DNA of 43,110 nt, taken from contig CAZXCD010000002.1 of NCBI GenBank assembly GCA_964638985.1, positions 379 to 43,488 of the forward strand, given 5' to 3'. This DNA is from an uncultured Candidatus Saccharibacteria bacterium (lineage in GTDB: Bacteria > Patescibacteriota > Minisyncoccia > Phycocordibacterales > UBA9973). Made by a program: the position numbers and the translations under genes. The notes under the pieces were generated by a model that did no database searches, was not told the origin of the DNA, and worked only from the letters and a program-made list of their open reading frames with translations. This document shows, one piece after another, positions 8,135-17,849 of this stretch; position 1 is the first letter of the stretch, and every line of letters begins with the position of its first letter.

Positions 8135-8248
8135 TCCCGTACGAAATCGTGGACACATATGACAAAAATATATTTACCAACAAATTTTATTAATAATAAG
8201 AATATGCGCGTTCTCTCAGTAGTGTCCGCGTTTATTTCGTAACGGGAT
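8134..8248. mobile_element. ORF-less miniature inverted-repeat element (MITE-like) sharing the ATCCCGNACGAA termini
   Basis: Left end is atcccgtacgaaat (8134-8147). The right end is atttcgtaacgggat (8234-8248). The inverted repeat extends imperfectly (cgtggacac / gtgtccgcg). The element spans exactly from the GIY-YIG stop to the ftsE ATG. Confidence 0.45.
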
Positions 8249-8915
8249 GATTTATTTTAATAATGTTTCAAAGAATTATAAGGATGCGGTTGCGCTTGAT
8301 GGCGTGACTTTTACGGTAGAGCCAGGGGAATTTCTTTCTATTGTTGGTCATTCCGGCGCCGGCAAGACCACTTTGGTAAAAATGATTCTAGCGGATGAAT
8401 TTCCTTCAGATGGGACTGTCTTTTTTGAGTCTATCAATGTGCATAGATTAAAAAATAAAGAATTGACTGATCTCCGCCGTCGCATCGGGGTGGTTTTCCA
8501 GGACTTTAAACTGCTCCCCAATAAAACCGCTTATGAAAACATCGCTTTTGCCATGGAAGCCGTAGGCAAAACCGAAGAAGAGATAGCGAGCGATGTGCCA
8601 CACGTCCTAGAACTCGTTGATCTGAGCCAAAAATTGCATCATTTTCCTCATCAGATGTCCGGGGGCGAGCAACAGCGCCTGGCCATAGCGCGAGCTATCA
8701 TCAACCAGCCCGAACTCATCATTGCCGACGAGCCGACAGGGAATCTGGACCCAGTCAATACTTATGAGATAGTTCAAATTTTAAAGAAAATAAACGATAT
8801 GGGCACGACGGTTATTTTGACCACACACAATCGCGGAGTCATTGAGTCTGTGGATAAGAGAGTTATCACACTGGAAAATGGCAAACTGGTGAGGGATACG
8901 AAGCATAGTAAATAG
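8247..8915 (+). CDS. ftsE: Cell-division ABC transporter ATP-binding protein FtsE
   Basis: Walker [13 protein letters not shown] signature MSGGEQQR, Walker [13 protein letters not shown]. It is followed by ftsX. Confidence 0.9.
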   Translation: MIYFNNVSKNYKDAVALDGVTFTVEPGEFLSIVGHSGAGKTTLVKMILADEFPSDGTVFFESINVHRLKNKELTDLRRRIGVVFQDFKLLPNKTAYENIAFAMEAVGKTEEEIASDVPHVLELVDLSQKLHHFPHQMSGGEQQRLAIARAIINQPELIIADEPTGNLDPVNTYEIVQILKKINDMGTTVILTTHNRGVIESVDKRVITLENGKLVRDTKHSK

Positions 8916-8934
8916 GTGTATAATAAAATTACTT

Positions 8935-9858
8935 ATGGCAATGACCACATTCAGAAGAATAATCAAAGGCGGATTTTTAAACTTTAAAAGAAGCGGAATT
9001 ATTTCTTGGGCGGCTGTCTTGGTCGTCACCATTACCCTTTCTGTCATCACCACTGTCATCCTACTGCAAGCGGTTCTGCATTTTTCACTCAATCAAATCA
9101 AAGACAAGGTTGACGTGACCATTTATTTCACTATCGGCGCTTCGGAAGAAAAGATTATGACACTGAAGTCTTCCTTGGAAAAGTTGCCGGAGGTGGCCAC
9201 TGTCTCTTATACGAGCGCGGAGGAAGCGCTTAGAATTTTCCGTGAACGCCACCAGAACGACTACCCTACGATTCAAGCATTAGATGAGATAGGGGACAAC
9301 CCTCTCGGAGCGTATATAAATATCAAAGCCAAAGAAGTTTCTCAATACGAAGACATTGCGAATTTTATGAAATCCGACAACTCGCTTACGCCGGGGAGAG
9401 AGTCTATCGTAGATAAGGTAAATTACCATCAAAATAAATTGGTGATAGATAGATTGAACAACATCATCGGAGGCGCGCAGAAGCTCGGGTTTATCCTCAC
9501 TCTGCTCTCGGTAATCATCACCGTGATTGTCACCTTCAATACCATTCGTCTGACTATTTTCATTGCCAAAGAAGAAATCGGAGTGATGCGCTTGGTTGGT
9601 GCTTCCAAGATGCATGTACGCGGGCCATTTATGGTGGAGGGGGTGATTTACGGTGTCGTCGCTACGGGGATTACCTTGGTGCTGTTCTTGCCTGTTACCG
9701 CTTGGCTCGGACGTAGTATGACGAATTTCCTCGGCATCAATATGTACGACTACTATCTCTCTAGCTTCTTTCAAATTTTTGCAATTCTTCTATTATCAGG
9801 TATAATCCTGGGTGTAATTTCCAGTTTACTGGCGATTAGAAAATATTTGAATAAGTAG
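8935..9858 (+). CDS. ftsX: Cell-division permease-like protein FtsX
   Basis: One N-terminal TM, a periplasmic domain and three C-terminal TM helices. It lies immediately downstream of ftsE. Confidence 0.85.
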   Translation: MAMTTFRRIIKGGFLNFKRSGIISWAAVLVVTITLSVITTVILLQAVLHFSLNQIKDKVDVTIYFTIGASEEKIMTLKSSLEKLPEVATVSYTSAEEALRIFRERHQNDYPTIQALDEIGDNPLGAYINIKAKEVSQYEDIANFMKSDNSLTPGRESIVDKVNYHQNKLVIDRLNNIIGGAQKLGFILTLLSVIITVIVTFNTIRLTIFIAKEEIGVMRLVGASKMHVRGPFMVEGVIYGVVATGITLVLFLPVTAWLGRSMTNFLGINMYDYYLSSFFQIFAILLLSGIILGVISSLLAIRKYLNK

Positions 9859-9859
9859 C

Positions 9860-11515
9860 ATGAGCAAAAAAGAGACAAAATATATTTTCGTGGTGGGGGG
9901 CGTCATTTCCGGAGTGGGAAAGGGCATTACCGCCTCCTCCATCGGGCTCATTTTGAAAAATCGCGGTTTTAACGTCACCTCTGTAAAAATAGACCCATAT
10001 GTAAATGTTGACGCAGGCACTATGAACCCCACCGAACACGGTGAGGTTTTTGTTTTATCCGATGGAGACGAGACAGACCAAGATATGGGCAACTACGAGA
10101 GGTTCCTAGACTTGAATTTGACCCGAATAAACTATATGACCACCGGTCGGGTGTATAAAACGGTTATAGAAAAAGAAAGAAATTTAGAATATGGAGGCAG
10201 GTGCGTGGAAGTTGTTCCGCATATTCCGATGGAAGTAATAAACCGCATTAAAACAGCCGGACGGAATGCCAAGGCGGATATAGTCATCATAGAGATAGGC
10301 GGAACCATCGGAGAATATCAAAACATTTTATTTCTGGAAGCGGCCCGTATGATGAAAATTGAAAGTCCAAAAGATGTCATCTTTGTGATGGTTTCTTATC
10401 TGCCGACTCCGGGGAAAGTCGGGGAAATGAAAACCAAGCCGACCCAGTACGCTGTGCGCACTTTGAATTCCTCCGGTATTTCTCCCGATATGCTCGTAGC
10501 CAGAGCGGACACAGTGCTAGACGAAAAGAGAAAGGAAAAGCTCTCTATGTTCTGCAATATCTCAACCGACCGCATCATCTCTGCTCCGGATGTGGATAGT
10601 ATTTATGACATTCCGCTTAATTTTGAAAAAGAAAAACTGTCGGAAAAACTTTGTGATATTTTGAGTTTGTCCAAGAAAAAGCCGGATGCCTCTGCTTGGA
10701 ATGCTTGGAAGAGTTTCGCCAAACATTCACACAACGGCAAACAGGTGGTAAAAATAGCGATGGTGGGAAAATACTTTGAATCAGGAGACTTTATGCTGTC
10801 GGATTCGTATCTTTCCGTGATTGAAGCGCTGAAGTATTCGGCATATTCCCAAAACAGAAAACCGGTAATTTCCTGGCTTAACTCCGTTGACTTTGAACAA
10901 CATCCGGAAAAACTTAAAGAACTCAAAAAATATGATGGCATAATAGTGCCTGGCGGATTCGGCAAGAGAGGGGTGGAAGGGAATTTAAGCGCTGTGAAGT
11001 TCGCCCGGGAAAATAAAATTCCGTATTTCGGACTTTGCTATGGAATGCAGATGATGGTCATAGAATACGCGCGCAATGTACTGCACCTCAAAGATGCGAA
11101 TACCAGAGAGGTCAATCCAAATTCTAAAAATATGGTGATTGACGTGATGGAATCGCAAAAAGAAGTTTTAAAAAATAATCTATACGGCGGGTCTATGCGC
11201 TTGGGAGGTTATAAAGCTATCTTGCGCGAGGGGACTATCGCTCGCAACAGTTATGGCAAGAAGGAGATAGTGGAAAGGCATCGCCATCGTTACGAGGTGA
11301 ACCCTTCGTTCGTCGGAGACTTGGAGGCGAAAGGTTTGGTTTTCTCCGGGCGTTCACCCGATGGACATTTGATGGAGATAGCCGAACTACCGAAGAGCAA
11401 GCACCCGTTTTTCTTGGGTACTCAATTTCATCCGGAATTTTTAGCGCATCCGCTTTCTCCGCACCCACTCTTCTCCGCTTTCATCAAAGCTTGTTTGGGA
11501 AAGCAAAGAAAATAA
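9860..11515 (+). CDS. pyrG: CTP synthase
   Basis: GGVISGVGKGITASSIG N-terminus; GATase motifs GLCYGMQ and HRHRYEVN; 551 aa. Confidence 0.95.
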   Translation: MSKKETKYIFVVGGVISGVGKGITASSIGLILKNRGFNVTSVKIDPYVNVDAGTMNPTEHGEVFVLSDGDETDQDMGNYERFLDLNLTRINYMTTGRVYKTVIEKERNLEYGGRCVEVVPHIPMEVINRIKTAGRNAKADIVIIEIGGTIGEYQNILFLEAARMMKIESPKDVIFVMVSYLPTPGKVGEMKTKPTQYAVRTLNSSGISPDMLVARADTVLDEKRKEKLSMFCNISTDRIISAPDVDSIYDIPLNFEKEKLSEKLCDILSLSKKKPDASAWNAWKSFAKHSHNGKQVVKIAMVGKYFESGDFMLSDSYLSVIEALKYSAYSQNRKPVISWLNSVDFEQHPEKLKELKKYDGIIVPGGFGKRGVEGNLSAVKFARENKIPYFGLCYGMQMMVIEYARNVLHLKDANTREVNPNSKNMVIDVMESQKEVLKNNLYGGSMRLGGYKAILREGTIARNSYGKKEIVERHRHRYEVNPSFVGDLEAKGLVFSGRSPDGHLMEIAELPKSKHPFFLGTQFHPEFLAHPLSPHPLFSAFIKACLGKQRK

Positions 11516-11525
11516 GTAAGCGAGT

Positions 11526-11548
11526 TGAGCGAGGGTAGTCCTCGCTCA
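11526..11548 (+). repeat. REP2 hairpin
   Basis: tgagcgagg-gtagt-cctcgctca, a 9-bp stem. It lies between the convergent pyrG and membrane-protein genes. Confidence 0.8.
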
Positions 11549-11589
11549 CGCCGAGTAATTGTTATAATTTGCTCTATTTACTGGCACCA

Positions 11590-12465
11590 CTATTGAACTA
11601 ATAGGAAAAGAATTATTGAACTAACAATACAGAGGGTGCCGAGCCACATAAAAGGCGTAATTTGTTCTTTGTATTTAAAATGGCTGATGAAATAAGTTAC
11701 TGGAAAAGCTATGGTGCCTAAAATGGCTATAGTTGTTATCGGAAGATTAAAAATAAGCCATGAATCAATGAATGTTACCGCAACATTACCCAAAATAAAT
11801 ATTTTTCCATGGGGTTTTTTGACCAAAGAGGAAAAATCTTTAAATGGGTTTTTACCAACCATCCATAACCCAAAAATCCAAATGATAGTCCAGACTATAA
11901 GATCAACAACAAAGCGACCGGTAAAAAAAGCAAAAGTGTTCGGTACGTGGAAGCTTGCTAGTTTGTAGAATATAGAAGAAAATCCTGCAAGCACCACCGC
12001 CAGAATAGTGAAAATAGTCCCTCGATCAAATACAAAAAATCTATTCTCACTTTTCTTGTATGAGAAGAATATAACACCTAGAACTCCCAGGATAAGGGCG
12101 AAAACTGTCCAGCCATTCAATTTTTCATTTAAAAAAATTACTGCACATATACTACTCGATACAAATCCAAGACTGTGAATAACTTGGGTGGTAAAGAATT
12201 TTGTTTCAAGTAAGCCAAGTATTGTAAATATACCAACGATAGCGGCAATAATTACCAGAGCAACCCAATAAATGTAAAATAACAGGTCAGTAGGTAGTAA
12301 GAATAAACCCGTAAGAAAGAGAAGAGCAATTCCAATGGGATGTCCTATCAAATTAGGAACATGGGCGATAGTAAGCGGTGCAATTCCTTCCTCACCGAGG
12401 CGACGTTTGTACATGTTCCAGTATGGAACGGAAGCTTTGGTTAGAATTGTAATAAGGGTAAACAT
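11590..12465 (-). CDS. Polytopic integral membrane protein (possibly DMT/EamA-like)
   Basis: 291 aa with about 9-10 hydrophobic helices. I recognise no diagnostic motif. Confidence 0.55.
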   Translation of the reverse strand: MFTLITILTKASVPYWNMYKRRLGEEGIAPLTIAHVPNLIGHPIGIALLFLTGLFLLPTDLLFYIYWVALVIIAAIVGIFTILGLLETKFFTTQVIHSLGFVSSSICAVIFLNEKLNGWTVFALILGVLGVIFFSYKKSENRFFVFDRGTIFTILAVVLAGFSSIFYKLASFHVPNTFAFFTGRFVVDLIVWTIIWIFGLWMVGKNPFKDFSSLVKKPHGKIFILGNVAVTFIDSWLIFNLPITTIAILGTIAFPVTYFISHFKYKEQITPFMWLGTLCIVSSIILFLLVQ

Positions 12466-12479
12466 GGAATTAAATTATA

Positions 12480-13190
12480 TTAATACCTGAGCGAGGGTAG
12501 TCCTCGCTCAATTTCAATCAATGGTTTATTTAGCTGAAAGACTTTTTCTTGTGTTTTAAAATCTAATTTCATATCTTTTATATATTCTGGGATTTTAGAA
12601 AAATCTAGAATTACTGATTCTGGTCTATTTATAGATAAAAAATCTTGATAACTAGAGAATTGATATTTTTTTAGGAATTCTTCTGTTTCTTTTCTGTTTT
12701 TTATCCCATTTTCTTTCCATTTTTTATCAATAATTGAAATTGGATTGAGGTGTACATAAGAAAAGATATACACGTACTGCGACTCGTTGCTTATGTGCTC
12801 AGATTTAAAGGGGTGTGTGAATAGCGGACCGCTTCGCTCGTATTTTGTGTTGAAATACATTGAATATGCAGTCAAAAGTTTGCCCATAAATTTGCTTATT
12901 CCACCTTCACTGCCTTCATATAAAATTAAATGAAAATGATTTGGCATGAGGCAATATCCTAAAATAGAGACAAGAGTTCCTTCTCTTTTTTCCATGAATA
13001 TGTCTTCTAAACTTTTATTTTTATCGCGGAGAAAGTTTCCCATTGTAAATGGTGCGTCTTGGTTCATAATATACAAAAGAGCCACAAAGCGATTGTAGTC
13101 TTTTGTGTTCATGAATATTTTGCGTTTTTCTACTCCACGAGAGTAAACATGATAATGTTCACCAACGGCAAGGGATGTTTTTCTATACAT
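12480..13190 (-). CDS. IS200/IS605-like Y1 (HUH) transposase, REP-associated (RayT-type), copy 2
   Basis: LMPNHFHLIL and YVHLNPIS motifs. It is flanked by REP2 copies. Confidence 0.85.
   Translation of the reverse strand: MYRKTSLAVGEHYHVYSRGVEKRKIFMNTKDYNRFVALLYIMNQDAPFTMGNFLRDKNKSLEDIFMEKREGTLVSILGYCLMPNHFHLILYEGSEGGISKFMGKLLTAYSMYFNTKYERSGPLFTHPFKSEHISNESQYVYIFSYVHLNPISIIDKKWKENGIKNRKETEEFLKKYQFSSYQDFLSINRPESVILDFSKIPEYIKDMKLDFKTQEKVFQLNKPLIEIERGLPSLRY
12488..12510 (+). repeat. REP2 hairpin at the 3' end of RayT-2
   Basis: Identical tgagcgagggtagtcctcgctca. It encodes the C-terminal ..IERGLPSLRY. Confidence 0.8.
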
Positions 13191-13203
13191 ATATTCATTA
13201 AAT

Positions 13204-13226
13204 TGAGCGAGGGTAGTCCTCGCTCA
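13204..13226 (+). repeat. REP2 hairpin 13 nt upstream of the RayT-2 start
   Basis: Identical tgagcgagggtagtcctcgctca. Confidence 0.8.
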
Positions 13227-13242
13227 ATTGCTACGTTTCTGG

Positions 13243-13764
13243 TTAGTTTGATGGTATTTCTTGGAAAGTGACATTTTTTGGTAGTTCAAATTTCGTCGCA
13301 TCCACTACCCAATTCTCGCAATTATAGTCGCCGATTTGGTCCGCGTTCCAAGCATACGTTCCATTTACATCAGCACCCTCGTCTGAAGTTTCAGCCTTCG
13401 CTTTTATCTTGAAGCCCATACCAGGGGTCAGGGAAGACCAGGAATAAGAATATCCATCGCGAGACATAAACGAAGAGGTCATCGTCTTGCCTTCGGCTAC
13501 GGTGCTGAATTCTCCTCTCATATTTTTCCCACTGACATACATCGTTCCACTATTTTCAAAATCGCTCATAGACTGTTTGACTTCGCATTTGTAAGCTCCT
13601 CCTTGTTTTAAAAATTGGGAGAAAGCCATTTTCTTGCCAGCTGTCTGCTCCTCATTTACATTTCCCAGTTCTTCATTTTCCGCTCCTTTATTACCACCCC
13701 AAACAAAATATCCGCCCACAATCACTATCACTACGACAATCAATGCAATTAATTTTTTTGACAT
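13243..13764 (-). CDS. Hypothetical secreted or membrane-anchored protein
   Basis: 173-aa ORF with the N-terminal helix LIALIVVVIVIVGGYFVW. No motif recognised. Confidence 0.6.
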   Translation of the reverse strand: MSKKLIALIVVVIVIVGGYFVWGGNKGAENEELGNVNEEQTAGKKMAFSQFLKQGGAYKCEVKQSMSDFENSGTMYVSGKNMRGEFSTVAEGKTMTSSFMSRDGYSYSWSSLTPGMGFKIKAKAETSDEGADVNGTYAWNADQIGDYNCENWVVDATKFELPKNVTFQEIPSN

Positions 13765-13825
13765 ATATTTTTATAAGTTACTTTTAATATAAACATTATA
13801 GCAGAGATTGTGAAAAAAATTAGTG

Positions 13826-13831
13826 TATAAT
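13826..13831 (+). promoter_or_regulatory. -10 box close to a start codon
   Basis: gtgTATAAT, then 7 nt, then ATG 13839. Confidence 0.45.
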
Positions 13832-13838
13832 ATACCGT

Positions 13839-14411
13839 ATGTCTAGCAATCCGGAAAATAGTTATATCAGAAACATAGATAATAGAAACCTGCCTCCCCG
13901 CAAGGCGGTAAGCGAAGAACTCGCCAGAAAAGCGGAAGAAGTGATCATTGGTTGTCTGAATGAACAATTAAAAGGGAGAAACATAGAAGTCCGCCCGGCT
14001 ACCCCCACCGAGGATTCCGGGCACAAAGACGAGGGAGGAAAACAAATAGATGCCGTATTAAACATCGCCGGAAAGGCGGGTATGTGTATCCAAATCACCA
14101 CCGCTAGAGACCCTGATGTGCAAAGAAAAAAGTTGATGCAACTCAAAGAAAACCCATTCGTAAGGTTGGAAGAAATGAAACGAGAAGAAACTCCGATACC
14201 AAAAGTGGTGGTAAGTATAAATCCGGAAGAAGTCACATCTTTTTTAGGGGATTCTTCTTTCTCCAAACATCCTCAAATTTGGGCAAAAATAAAAAGCGAC
14301 ATCACGAACAGTCTTTTGTATGTCTTAAATATAACCAAGAACGAAAAAGAAAAAGCCAAAGCCCAAGAGTTGCTCATTCTCCTCGCGGATAGTGGAAACA
14401 CTTCGCACTAA
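13839..14411 (+). CDS. Hypothetical protein
   Basis: 190-aa ORF. No motif recognised. Confidence 0.55.
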   Translation: MSSNPENSYIRNIDNRNLPPRKAVSEELARKAEEVIIGCLNEQLKGRNIEVRPATPTEDSGHKDEGGKQIDAVLNIAGKAGMCIQITTARDPDVQRKKLMQLKENPFVRLEEMKREETPIPKVVVSINPEEVTSFLGDSSFSKHPQIWAKIKSDITNSLLYVLNITKNEKEKAKAQELLILLADSGNTSH

Positions 14412-14425
14412 GAGTTATGAAAATT

Positions 14426-14457
14426 TACTAGCTGGGTGTTTGGTGCGAAGTTGGAAC
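14426..14457 (-). repeat. About 32-nt intergenic repeat (GTTCCAACTTCGCACCAAAC..CAGCTAGTA), inverted copy
   Basis: The reverse complement reads gttccaacttcgcaccaaacacccagctagta. Confidence 0.65.
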
Positions 14458-14489
14458 TTACTTAGTATATAAAACTGATCAGTTTTATA

Positions 14490-15281
14490 TTAATTAGCTC
14501 CTTTTCTTTTCAAATCCATTTTAATAAGTGCATCCTGTCCCAAGTTAGATAAAGAAAGAATTTTTGGTTCAAGTTGATATACGTGTTTAATGACGCTTTT
14601 CCAAAAATCCGACTTTAGATCCAAATTTTTTGATTTTCTACGATCTAAAATCATGCACATATAATCCCAATGAGCTGAAAGTATAATACTTAATAAAGCA
14701 AGGGATTTTTTAGTTTCAAAACTAGGGGCATATTTTGCATGAAATTTTCCACGCCCATTTGACCACTTTCCCTCTGTTCCATATAACTGTGCTCCCCATA
14801 CACTTGCATGCATGGTTTTACTAAGAATTTGTAATCCTTGTTTAATAGATTTAACACCCCGTTTTTTTAAATCTCTATCTATTGCCCCTTCATTAAATTG
14901 GCTACTAAAATTAGGATCTTCTTGATAAGATGTTTGACTTTCTTTAATAAAAATTGGAATTAGGTCTGGATTATAATGTAAATAAAAAAACATATTCATA
15001 TCGCTCAATATATTTCTTAGTAAACCGAAGGAACTTCCATAAAGCCCACGTTCTGTGAGTAAAAAGATACTTTCTAAATTCTGTATGGATCTGCTGAGTA
15101 AAAATAACGTGGCCTCGTTAAAATCTTTATCATAACCTTTCAATACTTCTTCAATAAGTTGGTCTTTGACTCTTAGCAACTCCTGTAAAGATTCCGAGTG
15201 TATTTTATAAAAAGGTGAAAATGTTTTGCGTGTTTTTGCAATTATATCTAAATAATTTTTGTCAAAAAATAATTCGTTCAT
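14490..15281 (-). CDS. Hypothetical protein
   Basis: 263-aa ORF, predicted helical. No confident motif. Confidence 0.55.
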   Translation of the reverse strand: MNELFFDKNYLDIIAKTRKTFSPFYKIHSESLQELLRVKDQLIEEVLKGYDKDFNEATLFLLSRSIQNLESIFLLTERGLYGSSFGLLRNILSDMNMFFYLHYNPDLIPIFIKESQTSYQEDPNFSSQFNEGAIDRDLKKRGVKSIKQGLQILSKTMHASVWGAQLYGTEGKWSNGRGKFHAKYAPSFETKKSLALLSIILSAHWDYMCMILDRRKSKNLDLKSDFWKSVIKHVYQLEPKILSLSNLGQDALIKMDLKRKGAN

Positions 15282-15288
15282 ACTACTG

Positions 15289-15359
15289 CTGGGAGACTTG
15301 GATTCGAACCAAGATTCATTGCTCCAGAGGCAATTGGCCTACCATTAGCCGATCTCCCA
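15289..15359 (-). tRNA. tRNA-Gln (anticodon CTG)
   Basis: Reverse complement folds as acceptor tgggaga/tctccca (the U1-A72 pair is typical of tRNA-Gln), anticodon arm attgc-ctCTGga-gcaat, T arm cttgg-ttcgaat-ccaag. CCA is not encoded. Confidence 0.8.
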
Positions 15360-15362
15360 ATA

Positions 15363-16061
15363 TTAATATTTTCTAAATTCAATTAAATCAATGAACTCCG
15401 ATATTTCCCTTTTTCTTGATAATTGAATCTTGTCTTTACTTTGATGTGGATGAAATCCCAACTTTGCAACGAGTTTGGATACATTCTTCAACATTGACGT
15501 GTTCCTGTTGGCAAACAGCATTTTATATGTGTAGGTGGGCTTGTGAACAGAGTATGACCCTTCTGCTTCATATAATCCTCTAAGATACCTCACTATATAC
15601 TTTTTATCGGAAATAATCCAGCCAGGTATTGATATTTTAAGATCACGACGAGGGCTAAAAGGTATTCCCAATCTATCGCTAACGTGTTTCTGATATATAC
15701 GGATTCTCGTACAATTTTCACCAGAATGTGTGGTTATGGTTGGTTTTTTATCAAATATTTTTTCTACCAAAACAGAATATCGGTTGATAAAATTCGGATT
15801 ATTAGAGTTTGAAAATATTGATAATTCCTCTGTTCTCGGATAGGCTCTAATATGTCCATCACCCAATATCACCCCAATAAGTTCAGCAAGATTACCGTCC
15901 TTTTTTAAAGGTGGATATTTTGACTTAATTTTTCCACTTGTTTTCATCCTATCACGCCATCGTTTGAAGTTATCAATTTTTCTAAGCTTCATTGTATTTG
16001 AAATTTTGTTTACAGAAATATCAGTATATTTAGTTTTTCCCTTGTTCCAACTACTTTGCAT
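15363..16061 (-). CDS. Free-standing LAGLIDADG homing endonuclease (two-motif)
   Basis: LAELIGVILGDGHI and YLRGLYEAEGS are the two LAGLIDADG motifs. The N-terminal SWNKGKTKY resembles NUMOD3. Confidence 0.8.
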   Translation of the reverse strand: MQSSWNKGKTKYTDISVNKISNTMKLRKIDNFKRWRDRMKTSGKIKSKYPPLKKDGNLAELIGVILGDGHIRAYPRTEELSIFSNSNNPNFINRYSVLVEKIFDKKPTITTHSGENCTRIRIYQKHVSDRLGIPFSPRRDLKISIPGWIISDKKYIVRYLRGLYEAEGSYSVHKPTYTYKMLFANRNTSMLKNVSKLVAKLGFHPHQSKDKIQLSRKREISEFIDLIEFRKY

Positions 16062-16149
16062 TCATTTAGTATAACATATTTTCCTACCATTAGACGATTA
16101 ATTTAAACAATAGTACAAAATCGCGTTTTTATCAAATTATTAATTAGTT

Positions 16150-16158
16150 TGGTATAAT
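16150..16158 (+). promoter_or_regulatory. Extended -10 promoter, leaderless geometry
   Basis: TGgTATAAT, then 6 nt, then ATG 16165. Confidence 0.6.
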
Positions 16159-16164
16159 AAAAAT

Positions 16165-16797
16165 ATGAAAGAATTATTAGAAATATATAAATTAGATGGT
16201 ACTTTTCTTGGTACCCAGGATAGAATAGATTTCAAAAATGAAGTTCAAAAAGAATTCGAAGAAAAAGGTGTAGTTTCTAAGAAAGTAAAAACTATACGTG
16301 TATTACTAATGAATTCTCTCGGCAGAATATATCTCCAAAAAAGAAGTGAACTGAAAGAAGAAAATTCTAATCTATATGATAAAACTGTGGGAGGTCATGT
16401 AACAGCTGGAAATACTTTTGACTTAACTGCTGTTAAAGAATGTGCGGAGGAATTAGGCTTCCCTGCAACAGTTCTTTCTGAAAAAGAATTTGAGCAAGCC
16501 ATAAAATCAATTGATTTAATGATAGTTGGCGTATTAAAAAAAGTTGATCATATTGATAATTTTAATTCAATAAGAATTTTAAAAGATGGAAATAATTTTA
16601 CTCAACCATCTATTTGTGACATTTATGTCGGATACTATGATGGAGCAATTAGATTTGCTGATGGTGAAAGTTCGGGAGTAGAAACATTTTCCATAAGTCA
16701 ATTAAAAAATGAGCTTGTAAATAGCCCAAATAAATTTACAGAAGATTTAAAATTCATGGTGGAAAAGTATTCAAATTTATTACTTCCCATCAAGTAG
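16165..16797 (+). CDS. Nudix-family hydrolase (degenerate Nudix box, IDI-like)
   Basis: GGHVTAGNTFDLTAVKECAEELGF approximates Gx5Ex7REUxEExGU, with E to N and R to K substitutions. Confidence 0.6.
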   Translation: MKELLEIYKLDGTFLGTQDRIDFKNEVQKEFEEKGVVSKKVKTIRVLLMNSLGRIYLQKRSELKEENSNLYDKTVGGHVTAGNTFDLTAVKECAEELGFPATVLSEKEFEQAIKSIDLMIVGVLKKVDHIDNFNSIRILKDGNNFTQPSICDIYVGYYDGAIRFADGESSGVETFSISQLKNELVNSPNKFTEDLKFMVEKYSNLLLPIK

Positions 16798-16801
16798 TGC
16801 G

Positions 16802-16830
16802 GTTCTAACTTCACACCAAACTCCAACCAA
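16802..16830 (+). repeat. Intergenic repeat copy
   Basis: gttctaacttcacaccaaactccaaccaa. Confidence 0.6.
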
Positions 16831-16834
16831 TATT

Positions 16835-17281
16835 ATGAAAATTCGTTTACTGACAAAAAAAGATATAGAAAAAGCTAGAAACATAGTCAAGCAAAATTAT
16901 GGCTTAAAAGATTCAGTTTCTGCGAAAAAAGAAATGCAAGACATGTTTGTAAAGGGTCCCATGAGGCCTAAGTATCTTGTTGCAGAAGATAAAGGTCTGA
17001 TAGTAGGATTCGCAGGATTTAGTCAATCGTGGATTGACTACTCGACTTACCATATATTTTGGGTAAATGTATTGCCCCAAAGGCAAAGACAAGGAATTGG
17101 TAAAAATTTGGTGGGAGAAGTTATAAAACAAATAAAAAAAGATAAAAAAGCCAAACTCATTATTCTAATGTCTACTTCTCCTAAATATTATGAAAAACAT
17201 TTTAAGTTCAAAGGTATTGATTCTTATAAGGGTAAAAGCCACATCCATTACATCATGTCTTTGTCTTTATATAAAAAATAG
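16835..17281 (+). CDS. GNAT family N-acetyltransferase
   Basis: VLPQRQRQGIGKNLV matches the acetyl-CoA binding motif Q/RxxGxG/A; 148 aa. Confidence 0.8.
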   Translation: MKIRLLTKKDIEKARNIVKQNYGLKDSVSAKKEMQDMFVKGPMRPKYLVAEDKGLIVGFAGFSQSWIDYSTYHIFWVNVLPQRQRQGIGKNLVGEVIKQIKKDKKAKLIILMSTSPKYYEKHFKFKGIDSYKGKSHIHYIMSLSLYKK

Positions 17282-17313
17282 GTTCCAACTTCGCGCCAAA
17301 CTTCAAGCTAGTA
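17282..17313 (+). repeat. Intergenic repeat copy
   Basis: gttccaacttcgcgccaaacttcaagctagta. Confidence 0.65.
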
Positions 17314-17327
17314 TATAATGTATTCAT

Positions 17328-17747
17328 ATGTTTCTATCTTCAGAAAAAATTAAAGAAGCAGTGCGTTTGGGAGAATTAATAATTACTCCGTATTCTGATG
17401 TAAAAGTTAAACCCGCAAGTTATACTTTTACTTTAGATAAAGCTATAAAAGATTTATCTACTGGCGAAGAAATAAGCATACCTTTGGAAGGTTTTATATT
17501 AAAACCAGGGGCTTTTGTTATCGGAAAAACCGTTGAAACAATAAACTTAAGGAATAAATATATTTTAATACTCGGGAACAGAAGTTCTTTGGCCCAACAA
17601 GGCATAGATGTTTTACAAAGCTCGACAATTGCGGAACCCGATACAAACGGGCAGCTTACTCTAGAGATAAATAATAATGGACCCAAGACAGTTTATTTAA
17701 TGCCCGGTATGGGAATTGCTAAAGGAATCTTCAGTGAGATTAATTGA
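17328..17747 (+). CDS. dCTP deaminase (Dcd)/dUTPase-fold protein, short form
   Basis: VKPASYTFTLD, ILKPGAFVIGKTVE, GNRSSLAQQGI and DTNGQLTLEI..N follow the Dcd family pattern. At 139 aa it is shorter than typical Dcd. Confidence 0.65.
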   Translation: MFLSSEKIKEAVRLGELIITPYSDVKVKPASYTFTLDKAIKDLSTGEEISIPLEGFILKPGAFVIGKTVETINLRNKYILILGNRSSLAQQGIDVLQSSTIAEPDTNGQLTLEINNNGPKTVYLMPGMGIAKGIFSEIN

Positions 17748-17767
17748 TATTATTTGTCAGTAAATAA

Positions 17768-17785
17768 GTTTCAACTTCGCACCAG
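17768..17785 (+). repeat. Intergenic repeat copy (partial)
   Basis: gtttcaacttcgcaccag. Confidence 0.5.
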
Positions 17786-17834
17786 ATTTTAATACTGATG
17801 AATGAAATGAAGAAGTATGTCCGGCAAATAAGTT

Positions 17835-17843
17835 TGATATAAT
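17835..17843 (+). promoter_or_regulatory. Extended -10 promoter, leaderless geometry
   Basis: TGaTATAAT, then 6 nt, then ATG 17850. Confidence 0.6.
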
Positions 17844-17849
17844 AAAAAT

